64,000 nucleotides of DNA from Candidatus Latescibacterota bacterium (GTDB taxonomy: Bacteria; Latescibacterota; UBA2968; GCA-2709665), in the NCBI GenBank assembly GCA_965222075.1, contig OZ244937.1, positions 3,552,001 through 3,616,000 of the forward strand. The letters are read 5' to 3'. Shown here piece after piece: positions 47,750 through 57,919 of the stretch (position 1 is the stretch's first letter; each line of letters begins with the position of its first letter). A program made the translations under genes and the position numbers. The notes beneath the pieces are model-generated. The model searched no databases. It worked only from the letters and a program-made list of their open reading frames with translations, and was not told the DNA's origin.

Positions 47750-49597
47750 TTAATGATCATCGTCCCGCTCACTCAGCAGCTCCCCGCGCTGCAGCCGTTC
47801 GGCGTTTTCCGTGGACCAGAGAATCCCCTTCATCACTTTCTGTGCGGTGATATAACGCGTCGCCGCCAGCAGGTGCATCCGCTTCTCCTCCGGATCGTCC
47901 GACAGGTCGTAGTGCCGGAACGCCACCTCTAAGACCTGGAACATGTGCAGTTCCGCGTCCTCCCGCAGCATGATATGGGCCAGCGCGTGTCTGAGCTTCG
48001 TGATATCGTAGCCTTCCTCCAGGTACTGGCTCGCTAAGACCTCGGCCTCGAAGACCTTCTGGAAATCCGCAAACTCCTGGAACCGGTCCAGCATCTCATC
48101 CTCAGACGCGAATGGCTCATCCAGCCGCTGTCCCGGCCTGGGCAGGCGGGCCGCCGGCATGTTGAGCCAGCGCAGATAGGTCAAAAAGACCGCGCCGTGG
48201 AAAATTCCGCGCAGGAGTTCCTTGCTCGGCGCCAGGTGGAACGCCCGGTAAAGCGCGTGCGCGTAGGAATAGATATTCGCCACATCGTGCCAGTCCCCCT
48301 CGTTCTTGAGATGGAACCGCGCCGTGCGGATCGCACCGGCATAGGTCATGGCCCGGCAGATATCCGTGGGCTTCACGCCCTCTCGCAGCTTCGCCTCGAT
48401 CTCGGCGACAATCGGCTCGAACGCCTCTCCCAGCAGGGTCTGGGTAAAGGCCGAAACGTCCAGCGGCGCCTCGTTCGCCCGGTTTGCTTCCCAGATCTCG
48501 TCTAAGCGGGTGAAAATATCTTCTAAAACTGGCACGCTGTCTTCCCACCGGGCGGTCTCCTCGTGCCGCACCCTGCCCACCAGGTCAACCACGATCGGCC
48601 GCAAAATCTCATTCGCCCCTTCCCAGTCCACATAATCTAAGGCCTCGAACATCTTATTCGCAAAATCAAGCGCATGGCCGTCGCCGGTAAAGTAGAAATC
48701 CGTTGCGGTGGTAAACACAACATCCGCAATGGTCTCCTTGGGGTAGCCGCGGTCGTACATGGTCATCAGGATACGCTGCGCTGCACTGCTGCTGCGCTGG
48801 TCCACTAAGCGCCGGAACCAGCGTTTGAGGGTCGCCAGGTCAGGTTCGTCCGATGTTCTGGGCAGGGCAAACCCCTGCCGCCGCGAACTCCCCGATGTCC
48901 GGCGGGAAATCTGCGTCAGCCCGTGGACCAGGAAGAGATTGTGGTCCTTCTTGTCCACATCCTCCCACATATTCGCAGCTAAGGTCAGAATGGCCACCCC
49001 GGACGACCAGCCTTCACTCGATTTATACGACCCGTAAAAAAGCCCCTGCTGGATGATCTCCTGCGGTGCGGCACCCGCAGCCTTCAGCGCAGTAATCGCC
49101 TTGGCGATCAGGAGCGAACTGCGGTCTTTCAGGCCCTGTTCAAGAATGTACTTCCCCCGGTTGATCAGCCGGCGTCTGGCCGCCTCTTTTTCGCCCGGGG
49201 TAAGGCCCACGTAGAGATACCCGTCATCACGGACCTCCACGGGAAAGCTCTTCAGATCGTTTCCGGCTCCGGAGGTCACGAAGCAGCCGCCCGTCTTCAG
49301 GTCGAACTCCCAGTGGTGCCAGTGGCAGATCAGCACCCCGTCCCGGACGGTGCCCTTGGACATCGGATATCCCATGTGCGGGCAGCGGTTGTCCACCGCG
49401 TTGAACGTCCCCCCGTAAAGAAAAACAGCGATGTGGGTGCCGTCCACCGCAAACGGCTTCCCCTCGCCTTCTTCAAACGCATCGGCAGGGCACAATTTAT
49501 GGTAGACCAGCCTGCCCGGATCCACTTCCGATGAAGTGTCCAGGATCTTATCTCCATCTAAGAGGCTTTCCCGGATACCCTGGGTAGCGATAGCCAT
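47750..49597 (-). CDS. Rieske [2Fe-2S] domain fused to a large helical domain of unknown function
   Basis: NRCPHMGYP…CHWHHWEFDLKTG, followed by about 470 aa with conserved-looking GH.LDF.NK and DWH…YAHA. Confidence 0.8.
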   Translation of the reverse strand: MAIATQGIRESLLDGDKILDTSSEVDPGRLVYHKLCPADAFEEGEGKPFAVDGTHIAVFLYGGTFNAVDNRCPHMGYPMSKGTVRDGVLICHWHHWEFDLKTGGCFVTSGAGNDLKSFPVEVRDDGYLYVGLTPGEKEAARRRLINRGKYILEQGLKDRSSLLIAKAITALKAAGAAPQEIIQQGLFYGSYKSSEGWSSGVAILTLAANMWEDVDKKDHNLFLVHGLTQISRRTSGSSRRQGFALPRTSDEPDLATLKRWFRRLVDQRSSSAAQRILMTMYDRGYPKETIADVVFTTATDFYFTGDGHALDFANKMFEALDYVDWEGANEILRPIVVDLVGRVRHEETARWEDSVPVLEDIFTRLDEIWEANRANEAPLDVSAFTQTLLGEAFEPIVAEIEAKLREGVKPTDICRAMTYAGAIRTARFHLKNEGDWHDVANIYSYAHALYRAFHLAPSKELLRGIFHGAVFLTYLRWLNMPAARLPRPGQRLDEPFASEDEMLDRFQEFADFQKVFEAEVLASQYLEEGYDITKLRHALAHIMLREDAELHMFQVLEVAFRHYDLSDDPEEKRMHLLAATRYITAQKVMKGILWSTENAERLQRGELLSERDDDH

Positions 49598-49842
49598 AAC
49601 GATCCCTCCTTAGTGATGAGGACCTGAAGCAACTAACGATCTGATCCGGATGGACTACCTGAAAATTTACCTGGATCTGCTTACAAGGTAATTGATTTGA
49701 AACCAGATATCAAGCGTTCTTGGATAGATATGCCCTTGCCGCCCGGGCAAGGGACGATTCCCGGAATAAGCAACCCTCAAAAGCCTCTTGTTGACAGCGC
49801 ACAAATTACGTACATTACTGCCTCACCCAAACCAAACTTCCC

Positions 49843-49872
49843 ATCTGTGTTCATCCGTGTCCATCGGTGGTT
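49843..49872 (-). repeat. 9-nt periodic repeat (CACGGATGA type)
   Basis: Minus strand aaccaccgatggacacggatgaacacagat. Confidence 0.45.
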
Positions 49873-49905
49873 GCTTTTCTCTGCTTTCACAATGGAGACC
49901 CCAAA

Positions 49906-50973
49906 ATGAAAATCAAAACCATCACCGCCACCCCCGTCGCCATCCCCTACGCCGCACCCGTTGGCCCTTACATCGGACGCGGCGGCCTTCCGGGCACCCT
50001 GGGTGCCCACGGGCTGATCGTCAGAGTCGAAACCGATGCTGGACTCGTCGGCTGGGGCGAGGGAACCGGTGCCTTCGAAACCAACCCGGACGCCGTCCTC
50101 GCCGGCCGCCACGCAGCCGACATCGAAAGCGCGGTCGCAGCCTTAGAGGAGGCGGGCATCGGCAAAGGGCCCATGTCCGGCGTCGAAATGGCGCTCTGGG
50201 ACCTGCTGGGCAAACAGGCCGAGTTGCCCGTCTGCCGGCTCATGGGCGGCGTTGTGCGCACCGAAATCGACTTCTGCGCCTGCATGGGCCTCAAAGAACC
50301 GACCGAATCCGCCGCCACCGCCCGGGAATACGTCGACCGCTGGGGCTTCCGCTTTTTAAAAACAAAGGCCGGCGTCGACTCCAACCAGGATCTCCGCATC
50401 GCCCGCGCCGTTCAGAAGGAAGTCGGCGCCGTTGCCGTCTTCCGCCCGGACGCCAACGGTGGGTACCCCCCCGAGGAGACCGTCGCCATGATGAAAAAAA
50501 TGCGCGATCTCGGCATCCGCTTCTTCGAAGATCCCTGCTCCGTCGAGAACCCCGAAACCCTTGCCCGGGTCCGAAATGAAGTCGGCATGGGGATTCTCGT
50601 CAATGGAGGCGTGGGCCTTCCCGAAAGCGTCCGTCCCCTGCTTGAGGCCGGGGTGGCCGACATGCTCATGCCGGACACCCCGGGTGCGGGCGCCCTCATC
50701 CGCATCAAAAAGATAGCCGCCATTGCCGAAGTCTGGAACGTAGCCTGCCTGATGCACTGCTCCCACGACCTGGGCCTCAAAACCGCGGCCATCCTCCACA
50801 TCGCCGCGTCCACCCCCAATTTCTCCGGCCCCAACGACACCTGCTACCACGGCCTCACCGACGACATCCTGGCCGAACCCCTGACCTTCGAAAACGGCCG
50901 GATCAGCGTCCCCCTCGGCCCGGGCCTGGGCGTTGAAGTCGACGAGTCAAAAATCGAAAAGTACCGGGCTTAG
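49906..50973 (+). CDS. Mandelate racemase/muconate lactonizing enzyme family
   Basis: G.VGWGE, ALWDL.GK…PV..L.GG, KTK, DAN, EDP, PGLGVEVD. Confidence 0.85.
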   Translation: MKIKTITATPVAIPYAAPVGPYIGRGGLPGTLGAHGLIVRVETDAGLVGWGEGTGAFETNPDAVLAGRHAADIESAVAALEEAGIGKGPMSGVEMALWDLLGKQAELPVCRLMGGVVRTEIDFCACMGLKEPTESAATAREYVDRWGFRFLKTKAGVDSNQDLRIARAVQKEVGAVAVFRPDANGGYPPEETVAMMKKMRDLGIRFFEDPCSVENPETLARVRNEVGMGILVNGGVGLPESVRPLLEAGVADMLMPDTPGAGALIRIKKIAAIAEVWNVACLMHCSHDLGLKTAAILHIAASTPNFSGPNDTCYHGLTDDILAEPLTFENGRISVPLGPGLGVEVDESKIEKYRA

Positions 50974-50991
50974 AGCCTGTAGGGAGATCCC

Positions 50992-51831
50992 ATGAACCCT
51001 CACCACATTGACGACCGCGACTGGTCTGCCCTCACCCTGGGCGAGCGCATCCGTCAGGTCGAGTTGGAAGGCTATCTCGTCCTGCCCGACCTCTTAACGC
51101 CCGACCACATCGAACGGTTAAAGGCCGAAACCGCGCAGCTCGAAACCCGGCCCGTGGACTACAGCGTCCACCAGCGGGGATGCCCGAACATCCAGTTCAG
51201 GGGCGGGGCCATCACCGATCTGGCGGCCCATTCCCCCACCATCGCCTTCTTGAGGGAACTCTTCGGCGGCAACCCCATCATCATGCACTACGGCTACGCC
51301 CGCTCGGAACCCGGCCATCCCGGCATCAGCCTGCACACCGACGGACAGCCCTACGGTTCTGAGATCTTCGGCTACGAAGGCAGCGTCCCCTTAATGGTTC
51401 GGGTGCTTTACTACCTGGAGGACCTCACGCCCGAGGTCTCCCCCTTCCGGGTCGTCCCCCGGTCTCACCTCTCCCTGCACGCCGCCGCCAACCCCTACAA
51501 ACGCTACGCGTCCAACCCCGAAGAGGTTATGGTCCCCGCAAAAGCCGGATCGGCCGTGCTGATTAACCACAAAGTCTTCCACGGAAACTACCCCAACACA
51601 GGGAAATATGCCCGCGAAATGCTCGCCATCGGCTACCGCCCCGCCTGGGCGGGTCCGATCAAAGAGGTGCCCACCTGGGACGAGGGCGACCTGGCCAAAC
51701 TCCCCGATGCCGTGCGTCCCCTCTACGGCGACCGCAACACCCGCCACTGGGACTACCACGGTGGCAACAAACCCCCCAAGATGGCCAGCGAGGCCCCCGG
51801 CCTGAACCCCAGCCGCTGGGAAAGGGTATGA
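50992..51831 (+). CDS. PhyH-family dioxygenase
   Basis: LHTD, YYLEDL…PF.VVPRSH, VFHG..N. Confidence 0.85.
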   Translation: MNPHHIDDRDWSALTLGERIRQVELEGYLVLPDLLTPDHIERLKAETAQLETRPVDYSVHQRGCPNIQFRGGAITDLAAHSPTIAFLRELFGGNPIIMHYGYARSEPGHPGISLHTDGQPYGSEIFGYEGSVPLMVRVLYYLEDLTPEVSPFRVVPRSHLSLHAAANPYKRYASNPEEVMVPAKAGSAVLINHKVFHGNYPNTGKYAREMLAIGYRPAWAGPIKEVPTWDEGDLAKLPDAVRPLYGDRNTRHWDYHGGNKPPKMASEAPGLNPSRWERV

Positions 51832-51861
51832 TAAAATCTTCTATTTCGAAATCCGCAATCC

Positions 51862-52749
51862 TCAGGTCCTCGGATCCCACTCCTCTCCCAGCTTGTCAAA
51901 CTGCTCGTAGAACGAATCCAGCACCGCCTGCGAAAGCGGGCCTTTCCCCACTAATTCCACGTTCTTCCGCGCGTGTTCCGGATTCGTGGTCCCCACAATC
52001 GCCGTATCGATCGCGTCCTGAGACAGCGTGAAGCGCAGCGACAGCTCCATCGGGTCCCCGGACGCGCCTTCGGGCACCTGAAGGTGCTGCCCCCGCTCCC
52101 AGTAGACATCGGCATAGCTATAAGGAGAGGCCGCCTGCCCGAAAGCGCCGTTGGCGATCGGACGCTTGGCGATCACCCCCATTCCGGCCGCCACGGCCCC
52201 GGGCAGCACCTCGTGCCGCGCCTTCTGGTCCACCAGGTTGAAAGAGGTCTGAAGCGTGCTGAAAAGGCCCATCCGGATCGCCTCCAGGGCGTCCTCCCCG
52301 TCTCCGCTGTAGCCCACGTAGCGGACCTTCCCGGCCTCCTTCGCCTGCATCACCGCCTCAACCGCCTCCCCCACCCGGAGCACCTCCGCCGAGCAGCTGT
52401 GAAGCTGCATCAGGTCGATATGGTCCGTCCCCAGCCGCTTGAGCGACCGGTCGATACTCTCCGTGATCACCTCCCGCGACCAGGGCTCACCGGTCGCTCC
52501 TCCGGCCACGTGCCCGCACTTGCTCGCCAGCACGTACTCCTCCCGCCGCCCGCCGATGAACCGCCCGATCAGTTCCTCACTGTTGTCGTAGCAGGCCGCG
52601 GTGTCGATAAACGTGACCCCGATGTCCAGCAGCGTGTTCAGCACCGCCTCGACCCGATCGTGCAGCGTGTCCTCAATCCCGAACCTCGCGCCTCCAAATC
52701 CGAGGCGGGTGACAACAAGGTCGGTCTTACCCAGCGTTCGTTTCTCCAT
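51862..52749 (-). CDS. Aldo/keto reductase
   Basis: IDTAACY, SKCG, SLKRL.TD.IDL.QLH, GKVRYVG.S. Confidence 0.9.
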   Translation of the reverse strand: MEKRTLGKTDLVVTRLGFGGARFGIEDTLHDRVEAVLNTLLDIGVTFIDTAACYDNSEELIGRFIGGRREEYVLASKCGHVAGGATGEPWSREVITESIDRSLKRLGTDHIDLMQLHSCSAEVLRVGEAVEAVMQAKEAGKVRYVGYSGDGEDALEAIRMGLFSTLQTSFNLVDQKARHEVLPGAVAAGMGVIAKRPIANGAFGQAASPYSYADVYWERGQHLQVPEGASGDPMELSLRFTLSQDAIDTAIVGTTNPEHARKNVELVGKGPLSQAVLDSFYEQFDKLGEEWDPRT

Positions 52750-52934
52750 ATCGCAACCTCCCAACATCTCTCCTCGGTTAAGTGGAAATGAACTTCGCAA
52801 AAGCAAACGTCCGGACAAGCCGGACGATAACAGGCCGGAAACCGTAGGCCACGGACCACATACCCAACTACCCAAATATAGACACAAATAGGCAGGCAAA
52901 CAAGGCCACAATGGAAAAGGCATTCTCGAAACCC

Positions 52935-52963
52935 TTGACAGAAGGGCCGTCCTATCTTACTTT
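52935..52963 (+). promoter_or_regulatory. Sigma70-type promoter
   Basis: TTGACA-N17-TACTTT. Confidence 0.55.
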
Positions 52964-53016
52964 GAACACGATCAGCCCCTTGTTATCGTTCTAACGCATC
53001 TCCATAGAGGTTCCCC

Positions 53017-53343
53017 ATGCACACCGCAGAACTCGGCAGCACCGGTATCCGCGTCTCCCGCCTCTGTTTCGGCACCGGCACCCACGGCTGGGCCGGGCGC
53101 TCGGACCAGGAGCGCATGGACGCAGCCGGCATCGGCGTCTATGGCATGAAAGTGGTCGGCTGTGGCGACCTGGGAAACGACGCCCGGGACGCCATCCACT
53201 TCGTCCTCGACCTCCCCTCGGTAGACGCCATCACCATCGGCATGGCAAGCCGGGATGAAGTGGATGAAAACATCGGCTGGGTCGAATCCCACCTGCCTGT
53301 GCGTCGCACGCAGACAGGCGATCGGTCCTTCCAGCCGGTTTGA
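53017..53343 (+). pseudogene. Aldo/keto reductase with large in-frame internal deletion
   Basis: AKR N-terminus (LGSTGIRVSRLCFGTG) joined directly to AKR C-terminus (GIGVYGMKV…FVL…V.AITIGM.S..EV.ENI); 108 aa, catalytic core absent. Confidence 0.75.
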
Positions 53344-53379
53344 TCACCCTGCGCCAAAACAATACCGAAAGGAACCCGA

Positions 53380-54249
53380 ATGAACAAAATCGCCCAGCGG
53401 TTCAGCTTTGACAGCTATGTCGACGATGGCGGCTACACCCCGGACCTGTATCCCCACCACGAAATCGCCGAAGGTGTCGAGGGGGGATTCGACGGCGTGA
53501 CCGATGAACACATCGAACGCTTTCACGAACAGGGTTACCTGCCCATCCACAACGCCTTGACCGGCGCCGAAGTTCAGGATGTGCTTGCCGGGCTCATCGA
53601 CCTGATCAGTGGAAAAAATCCGGAGTTTAAAGGGGTCCAGTTTGAAAAAAGCGTCCGCGACATCCTGCACACGCTGTCCGGGGAAGAGCGGTGGGATGTC
53701 GTGCGAAAACTCAACTACTTCGTCGGCTACGACGAGCGCCTCACGGCCCTTACAAAACACCCCAAAATGCTGAGTGTGCTTGCTCGCGTCATCGGCGTCC
53801 CTCCCGAACTCTTCGCCCACCAGGCCATCCTCAAGCCGCCCAGAGTCGGCCGCGAGAAGCCCTGGCACCAGGACCACGCCTACTTCAACCTGCCCATGGG
53901 CACCCCCATCGTCAGCGTGTGGGTCTCCTTGGACGAGGCCACCCTCGAAAACGGCTGTATGCACGTCATCCCCGGCACCCACCGACAGGGGCCCCTGGTC
54001 CACTTCAAACGCCGCGACTGGCAGATCTGTGATGCCCATGTTCCCAACGACCACGTCGCGGCCGTGCCCCTCAAACCCGGCGGCTGCCTGCTCTGGCACG
54101 GCCTGATACACCACGGCACCCCGGCCAACACCTCCCCAAAGCGGCGTCGCGCCGTCCAGCTCCACTACATCCCCACAAGCGTAGAACGGACCACCTCCAA
54201 GGAACGCCTGGCCGTTTTTGGCAGCGAGGGCAAAGACGTGACCTGCTAA
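53380..54249 (+). CDS. PhyH-family dioxygenase
   Basis: FHEQGYL, KPWHQD, W.SLD.AT.ENGCM..IPGTH, HGTPAN.S..RR. Confidence 0.9.
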   Translation: MNKIAQRFSFDSYVDDGGYTPDLYPHHEIAEGVEGGFDGVTDEHIERFHEQGYLPIHNALTGAEVQDVLAGLIDLISGKNPEFKGVQFEKSVRDILHTLSGEERWDVVRKLNYFVGYDERLTALTKHPKMLSVLARVIGVPPELFAHQAILKPPRVGREKPWHQDHAYFNLPMGTPIVSVWVSLDEATLENGCMHVIPGTHRQGPLVHFKRRDWQICDAHVPNDHVAAVPLKPGGCLLWHGLIHHGTPANTSPKRRRAVQLHYIPTSVERTTSKERLAVFGSEGKDVTC

Positions 54250-54270
54250 CCCGCGCCGTTAAAATAGACC

Positions 54271-54308
54271 ACAAAGGCCCCAAAGGCAAACCTTCGGGGC
54301 CTTTGTTT
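54271..54308 (+). terminator. Intrinsic terminator
   Basis: ACAAAGGCCCC…GGGGCCTTTGT stem followed by T residues. Confidence 0.7.
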
Positions 54309-54441
54309 GGGGAACAGAAACTCGATCCCATCTTGAAAGCGTAAAAACTCACCAAAAAGTGTTCACCGTATTGCATCTCAACCTCTTCCCTGTTCTTCCA
54401 TATCCTTACCGAGCCCTTCCGCGATCAAGGGAGAAAAAACC

Positions 54442-55293
54442 ATGTCCCCAAAACACCCCTCTGAAAAAACCAGAGCGCCCGAAGACGGGCCGGCCGAACA
54501 GACAGGGGAAAAACCGAAAAAACTCAAAAAAAAAGCCTATGAAAAAGAACTGGTCAAACTCCAGGTCAAACTGGTCAAATTACAGGAATGGATTAAACAC
54601 AAAGGATTGAAAGTCATTGTCATTTTCGAAGGCCGGGACGCCGCCGGCAAAGGGGGCACCATCAAGCGGATCACCCAGAGCCTGAATCCGCGCATCTGCC
54701 GGGTTGTGGCCCTGGGCACGCCGACCGAGCGTGAGACAACCCAGTGGTACTTTCAGCGCTACATCCCGCACCTCCCGGCCGCGGGAGAGATGGTCCTCTT
54801 CGACCGGAGCTGGTACAACCGCGCCGGTGTCGAGCGCGTTATGGGCTTCTGTACGGATGAGGAGTACGAGGAATTTTTCCGATCCTGTCCCGAGTTCGAA
54901 CGCATGCTTCTCCGGTCGGGCATCCTCCTGATCAAATACTGGTTCTCCGTAAGCGACGAAGAACAGGAATGCCGGTTTCAGGGCCGCATCCACGATCCCA
55001 CAAAGCGCTGGAAGCTCAGCCCGATGGACCTGGAGTCCCGCGCCCGGTGGGTGGAGTACTCCATCGCCAAGGACGAGATGTTCCGCCATACGGATATCAA
55101 ACAGGCCCCCTGGTACGTGGTGAATGCCGATTGTAAACGACGCGCGCGCCTCAACTGCATCCGCCACCTGCTGAGCATCATCCCCTACGAGGATTTAACG
55201 CCTAAACCGATCACATTGCCTCCACGGGAAGCGGACACAGGATACGTGCGCCCGCCGATAACAGACCAGACCTTCGTACCGGAAGTCTACTGA
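54442..55293 (+). CDS. ppk2: Polyphosphate kinase 2 (class I)
   Basis: FEGRDAAGKGG.IK, QWYFQRY, FDRSWYNR, KRWKLSPMD. Confidence 0.95.
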   Translation: MSPKHPSEKTRAPEDGPAEQTGEKPKKLKKKAYEKELVKLQVKLVKLQEWIKHKGLKVIVIFEGRDAAGKGGTIKRITQSLNPRICRVVALGTPTERETTQWYFQRYIPHLPAAGEMVLFDRSWYNRAGVERVMGFCTDEEYEEFFRSCPEFERMLLRSGILLIKYWFSVSDEEQECRFQGRIHDPTKRWKLSPMDLESRARWVEYSIAKDEMFRHTDIKQAPWYVVNADCKRRARLNCIRHLLSIIPYEDLTPKPITLPPREADTGYVRPPITDQTFVPEVY

Positions 55294-55359
55294 GCATCCT
55301 GCTCATTCGGCTTATCCTGTCCACCTGTTTGTGCTTGTGAACGGAGAGGAGGTCCCAAA

Positions 55360-56250
55360 ATGCCCGAATTTCGCGGCGTTTTTCCCGCCATCATCACCCC
55401 CATGACCCCGGACGGCCGGTTCAACGAAGCCGCCTTCCGGAAAGTCATGGAGTTCAACATCCAGGCCGGCGTACACGGATTCTGGATCGCCGGCGGTACC
55501 GGCGAAAGCGTCCTGCTGGACGACGAGGAAAACGGCCGGATGGCCGAAGTCGCCGCCGACCAGTCTCAGGGCAGGGTTACCAACATCATGCACGTCGGCG
55601 CGCCCACCACAACGCGCGCTGCGAAAATGGCCGAACACGCCGCAAAGTCCGGCATCGAAGCCATCTGCTGCGTGCCCCCCTTCTTCTACAGGTCCAGCGA
55701 CGAGGCCATCGGCGAGCACTACAGGACCGTGGCCGCTGCCGCCGACCTGCCCCTCTTCATCTACAACCTGCCCCAGTGCACCGGCATCGAGATCACCCCC
55801 GCCTTAATGGCGAAAATCCAGGAGCGCGTACCCCAGCTGGCCGGGCTGAAGCACTCCGCCCCCACCTTCTCCAACGTGCGGAATTTCGCCAAAATGGGAC
55901 TCTCCTGTCTCATCGGCAGCTGTATGCTCATGCTCCCCGCCCTGACAATTGGCGCGACCGGCTGCGTCGACGGTCCGATCAACACCGCGCCCGAATGCTG
56001 GCTGGAGATCTGGAATGCCTACCGGGATGGAGACCTCAAACGTGCCGAAGCGGCCCAGGACCGGGCCGCGGAAGTGTGCGCGCTCTTTCTGAAATTCGGA
56101 TTCCATGCCGCCATGAAGGCCGCGCTCAGCGAACGGCTGGGCGTCGACTGTGGAGACCCCCGCCCGCCCCAACTCCCGCTCACCCCCGAGCAACGGGCGG
56201 ACCTGAGCAAAAACGTCGCCGAACTCGAGCTGGACAGGGTAACCGTCTGA
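55360..56250 (+). CDS. DapA/NanA family aldolase
   Basis: GV.PAIITP, GGTGE, YNLP..TG, GLKHS Schiff-base Lys. GGTGE rather than GTTGE suggests it is not a true DapA. Confidence 0.85.
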   Translation: MPEFRGVFPAIITPMTPDGRFNEAAFRKVMEFNIQAGVHGFWIAGGTGESVLLDDEENGRMAEVAADQSQGRVTNIMHVGAPTTTRAAKMAEHAAKSGIEAICCVPPFFYRSSDEAIGEHYRTVAAAADLPLFIYNLPQCTGIEITPALMAKIQERVPQLAGLKHSAPTFSNVRNFAKMGLSCLIGSCMLMLPALTIGATGCVDGPINTAPECWLEIWNAYRDGDLKRAEAAQDRAAEVCALFLKFGFHAAMKAALSERLGVDCGDPRPPQLPLTPEQRADLSKNVAELELDRVTV

Positions 56251-56270
56251 AAGGTGAAGGAGAAAATCCC

Positions 56271-57881
56271 ATGCCCAGAACCGGCGCAGAGCAGGTTGTC
56301 GACGCCCTGATCGATGCGGGCGTTAAACACCTGTTCACGCTCTCCGGCAACCAGATCCTCTCCGTCTACGACGCCACCATCGGGCGCGACATCCAGCTTA
56401 TCCACACGCGCCACGAGGCCGCCGCCGTGCACATGGCCGATGGCTGGGGGCGGTTGACCGAAGGGCCGGGCGTCGCCCTGCTCACTGCCGGACCGGGGCA
56501 TCTCAACGGCCTCTCCGCCCTCTACGTTGCGCAAATGGCGGAATCCCCGGTCGTACTCCTGAGCGGGCACTGCCCCCACGCCCAAATCGGCAGTGGCGCG
56601 TTTCAGGAGATCGACCAGGTTGCCGCCGCCGGGCCGGTCACAAAGGGATCGTGGCTGGTCGAAGACCCCGGCCGCCTGGGCGCGGAGGTCGCCGCCGCCC
56701 TCTCCCTCTCCCGCACGGGACGCCCCGGCCCCGTCCACCTCAGCCTCCCTGCCGACGCTCTGGAAGCCCTCGCATCCGCGCCGTCCGAACCCCCTTCCGC
56801 CGCCGAACCGGACACCACCGAAATAGACGATGCCCGAATCGACGACACCCTCACCCTCCTTGCCGGTGCAAACCATCCCCTGATCCTGGCCGGACCGGCC
56901 ATGGGACGTCCCCTGCGATGGCCGGACGTGGAACGGCTCTCGGAGATCACAGGCATCCCCGCCCTGCCGATGGAAAGCCCGCGCGGGGTCAACGACCCCT
57001 GGCTGCATATGGCCGCGACCTGCCTCGCCGATGCAGACCTCGTGCTGCTTGTGGGAAAAAAGCTGGACTTCTCGCTCCGGTTCGGCCGGCCGCCTTTCTT
57101 CTCTAAGACATGCCGTTTCATCCGGATCGACGCCGATGAGGAACAGCTGCGTAAAGACGAACGTGTCGTACTCACCCTGCACAGCGATCCCACGCCGGTC
57201 GTCCGGCAGCTAACAGCAGCGGCACAGGCGCAAACCTGGCAGCCCGGCGCCTGGCGCGAAAAGGTCGCAGAAGCCCGGAGCACCACACCCCCCGAATGGG
57301 AACACCTGCGCCAGGCGTCCCATCAGCCTATCCACCCGTTGCGTGTGTGCGAGGCCCTTCAACCGTTTCTGAACGACGACGTATTCATCAGCGACGGGGG
57401 CGAGTTCGGCCAGTGGGCGCAGGCCAGCCTGGAAGCCCGATGCCGTCTCATCAACGGTCCCTCCGGCGCCATCGGCAGCGCCCTCCCTATGGCCCTTGCC
57501 GCCAAACTCGCACATCCACAGCGGCAGGTCTTCGTCCTCTTAGGCGACGGCACCTTCGGCTACCACGCCTTAGAACTCGACACCGCTCTGCGCTACACCC
57601 TGCCCATCATTGTCATTGTCGGCAACGACGCCCGCTGGAACGCCGAGCACCAGTTGCAAATCCGGAACTACGGCCCGGACCGCACCATCGGCTGCGACCT
57701 GCTCCCCTCCCGCTACGACAAAGTAGCGGAAGCCTTAGGCGCACATGGCGAATTCGTCCAGCGCCCCGAAGACCTCACCCCCGCGCTGGAACGCGCAGTC
57801 GTCTCGGCACTGCCCGCGTGCGTCAACATCGCCATCGAAAGCGTCCCCGCGCCCACGTTTCGATTAGAAGAGGGGGTATGA
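56271..57881 (+). CDS. Thiamine pyrophosphate-binding enzyme (acetolactate synthase-like)
   Basis: RHEAAAVHMADGWGR, TAGPG, GRPGPV, GDGTFG…N TPP motif. Confidence 0.9.
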   Translation: MPRTGAEQVVDALIDAGVKHLFTLSGNQILSVYDATIGRDIQLIHTRHEAAAVHMADGWGRLTEGPGVALLTAGPGHLNGLSALYVAQMAESPVVLLSGHCPHAQIGSGAFQEIDQVAAAGPVTKGSWLVEDPGRLGAEVAAALSLSRTGRPGPVHLSLPADALEALASAPSEPPSAAEPDTTEIDDARIDDTLTLLAGANHPLILAGPAMGRPLRWPDVERLSEITGIPALPMESPRGVNDPWLHMAATCLADADLVLLVGKKLDFSLRFGRPPFFSKTCRFIRIDADEEQLRKDERVVLTLHSDPTPVVRQLTAAAQAQTWQPGAWREKVAEARSTTPPEWEHLRQASHQPIHPLRVCEALQPFLNDDVFISDGGEFGQWAQASLEARCRLINGPSGAIGSALPMALAAKLAHPQRQVFVLLGDGTFGYHALELDTALRYTLPIIVIVGNDARWNAEHQLQIRNYGPDRTIGCDLLPSRYDKVAEALGAHGEFVQRPEDLTPALERAVVSALPACVNIAIESVPAPTFRLEEGV

Positions 57882-57919
57882 ACATCCTCATCACCTCAGC
57901 TTGTCCGGGAGAGCTATCC

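Noticed and set aside
49692-49713. FNR-like box upstream of the Rieske gene
   Set aside because: TTGAT and ATCAA half-sites are 12 bp apart, not 4.
55776-56270. N-terminal extension of the TPP enzyme (701-aa ORF)
   Set aside because: Overlaps the DapA-family gene in another frame; the real start is ATG 56271 with an RBS.
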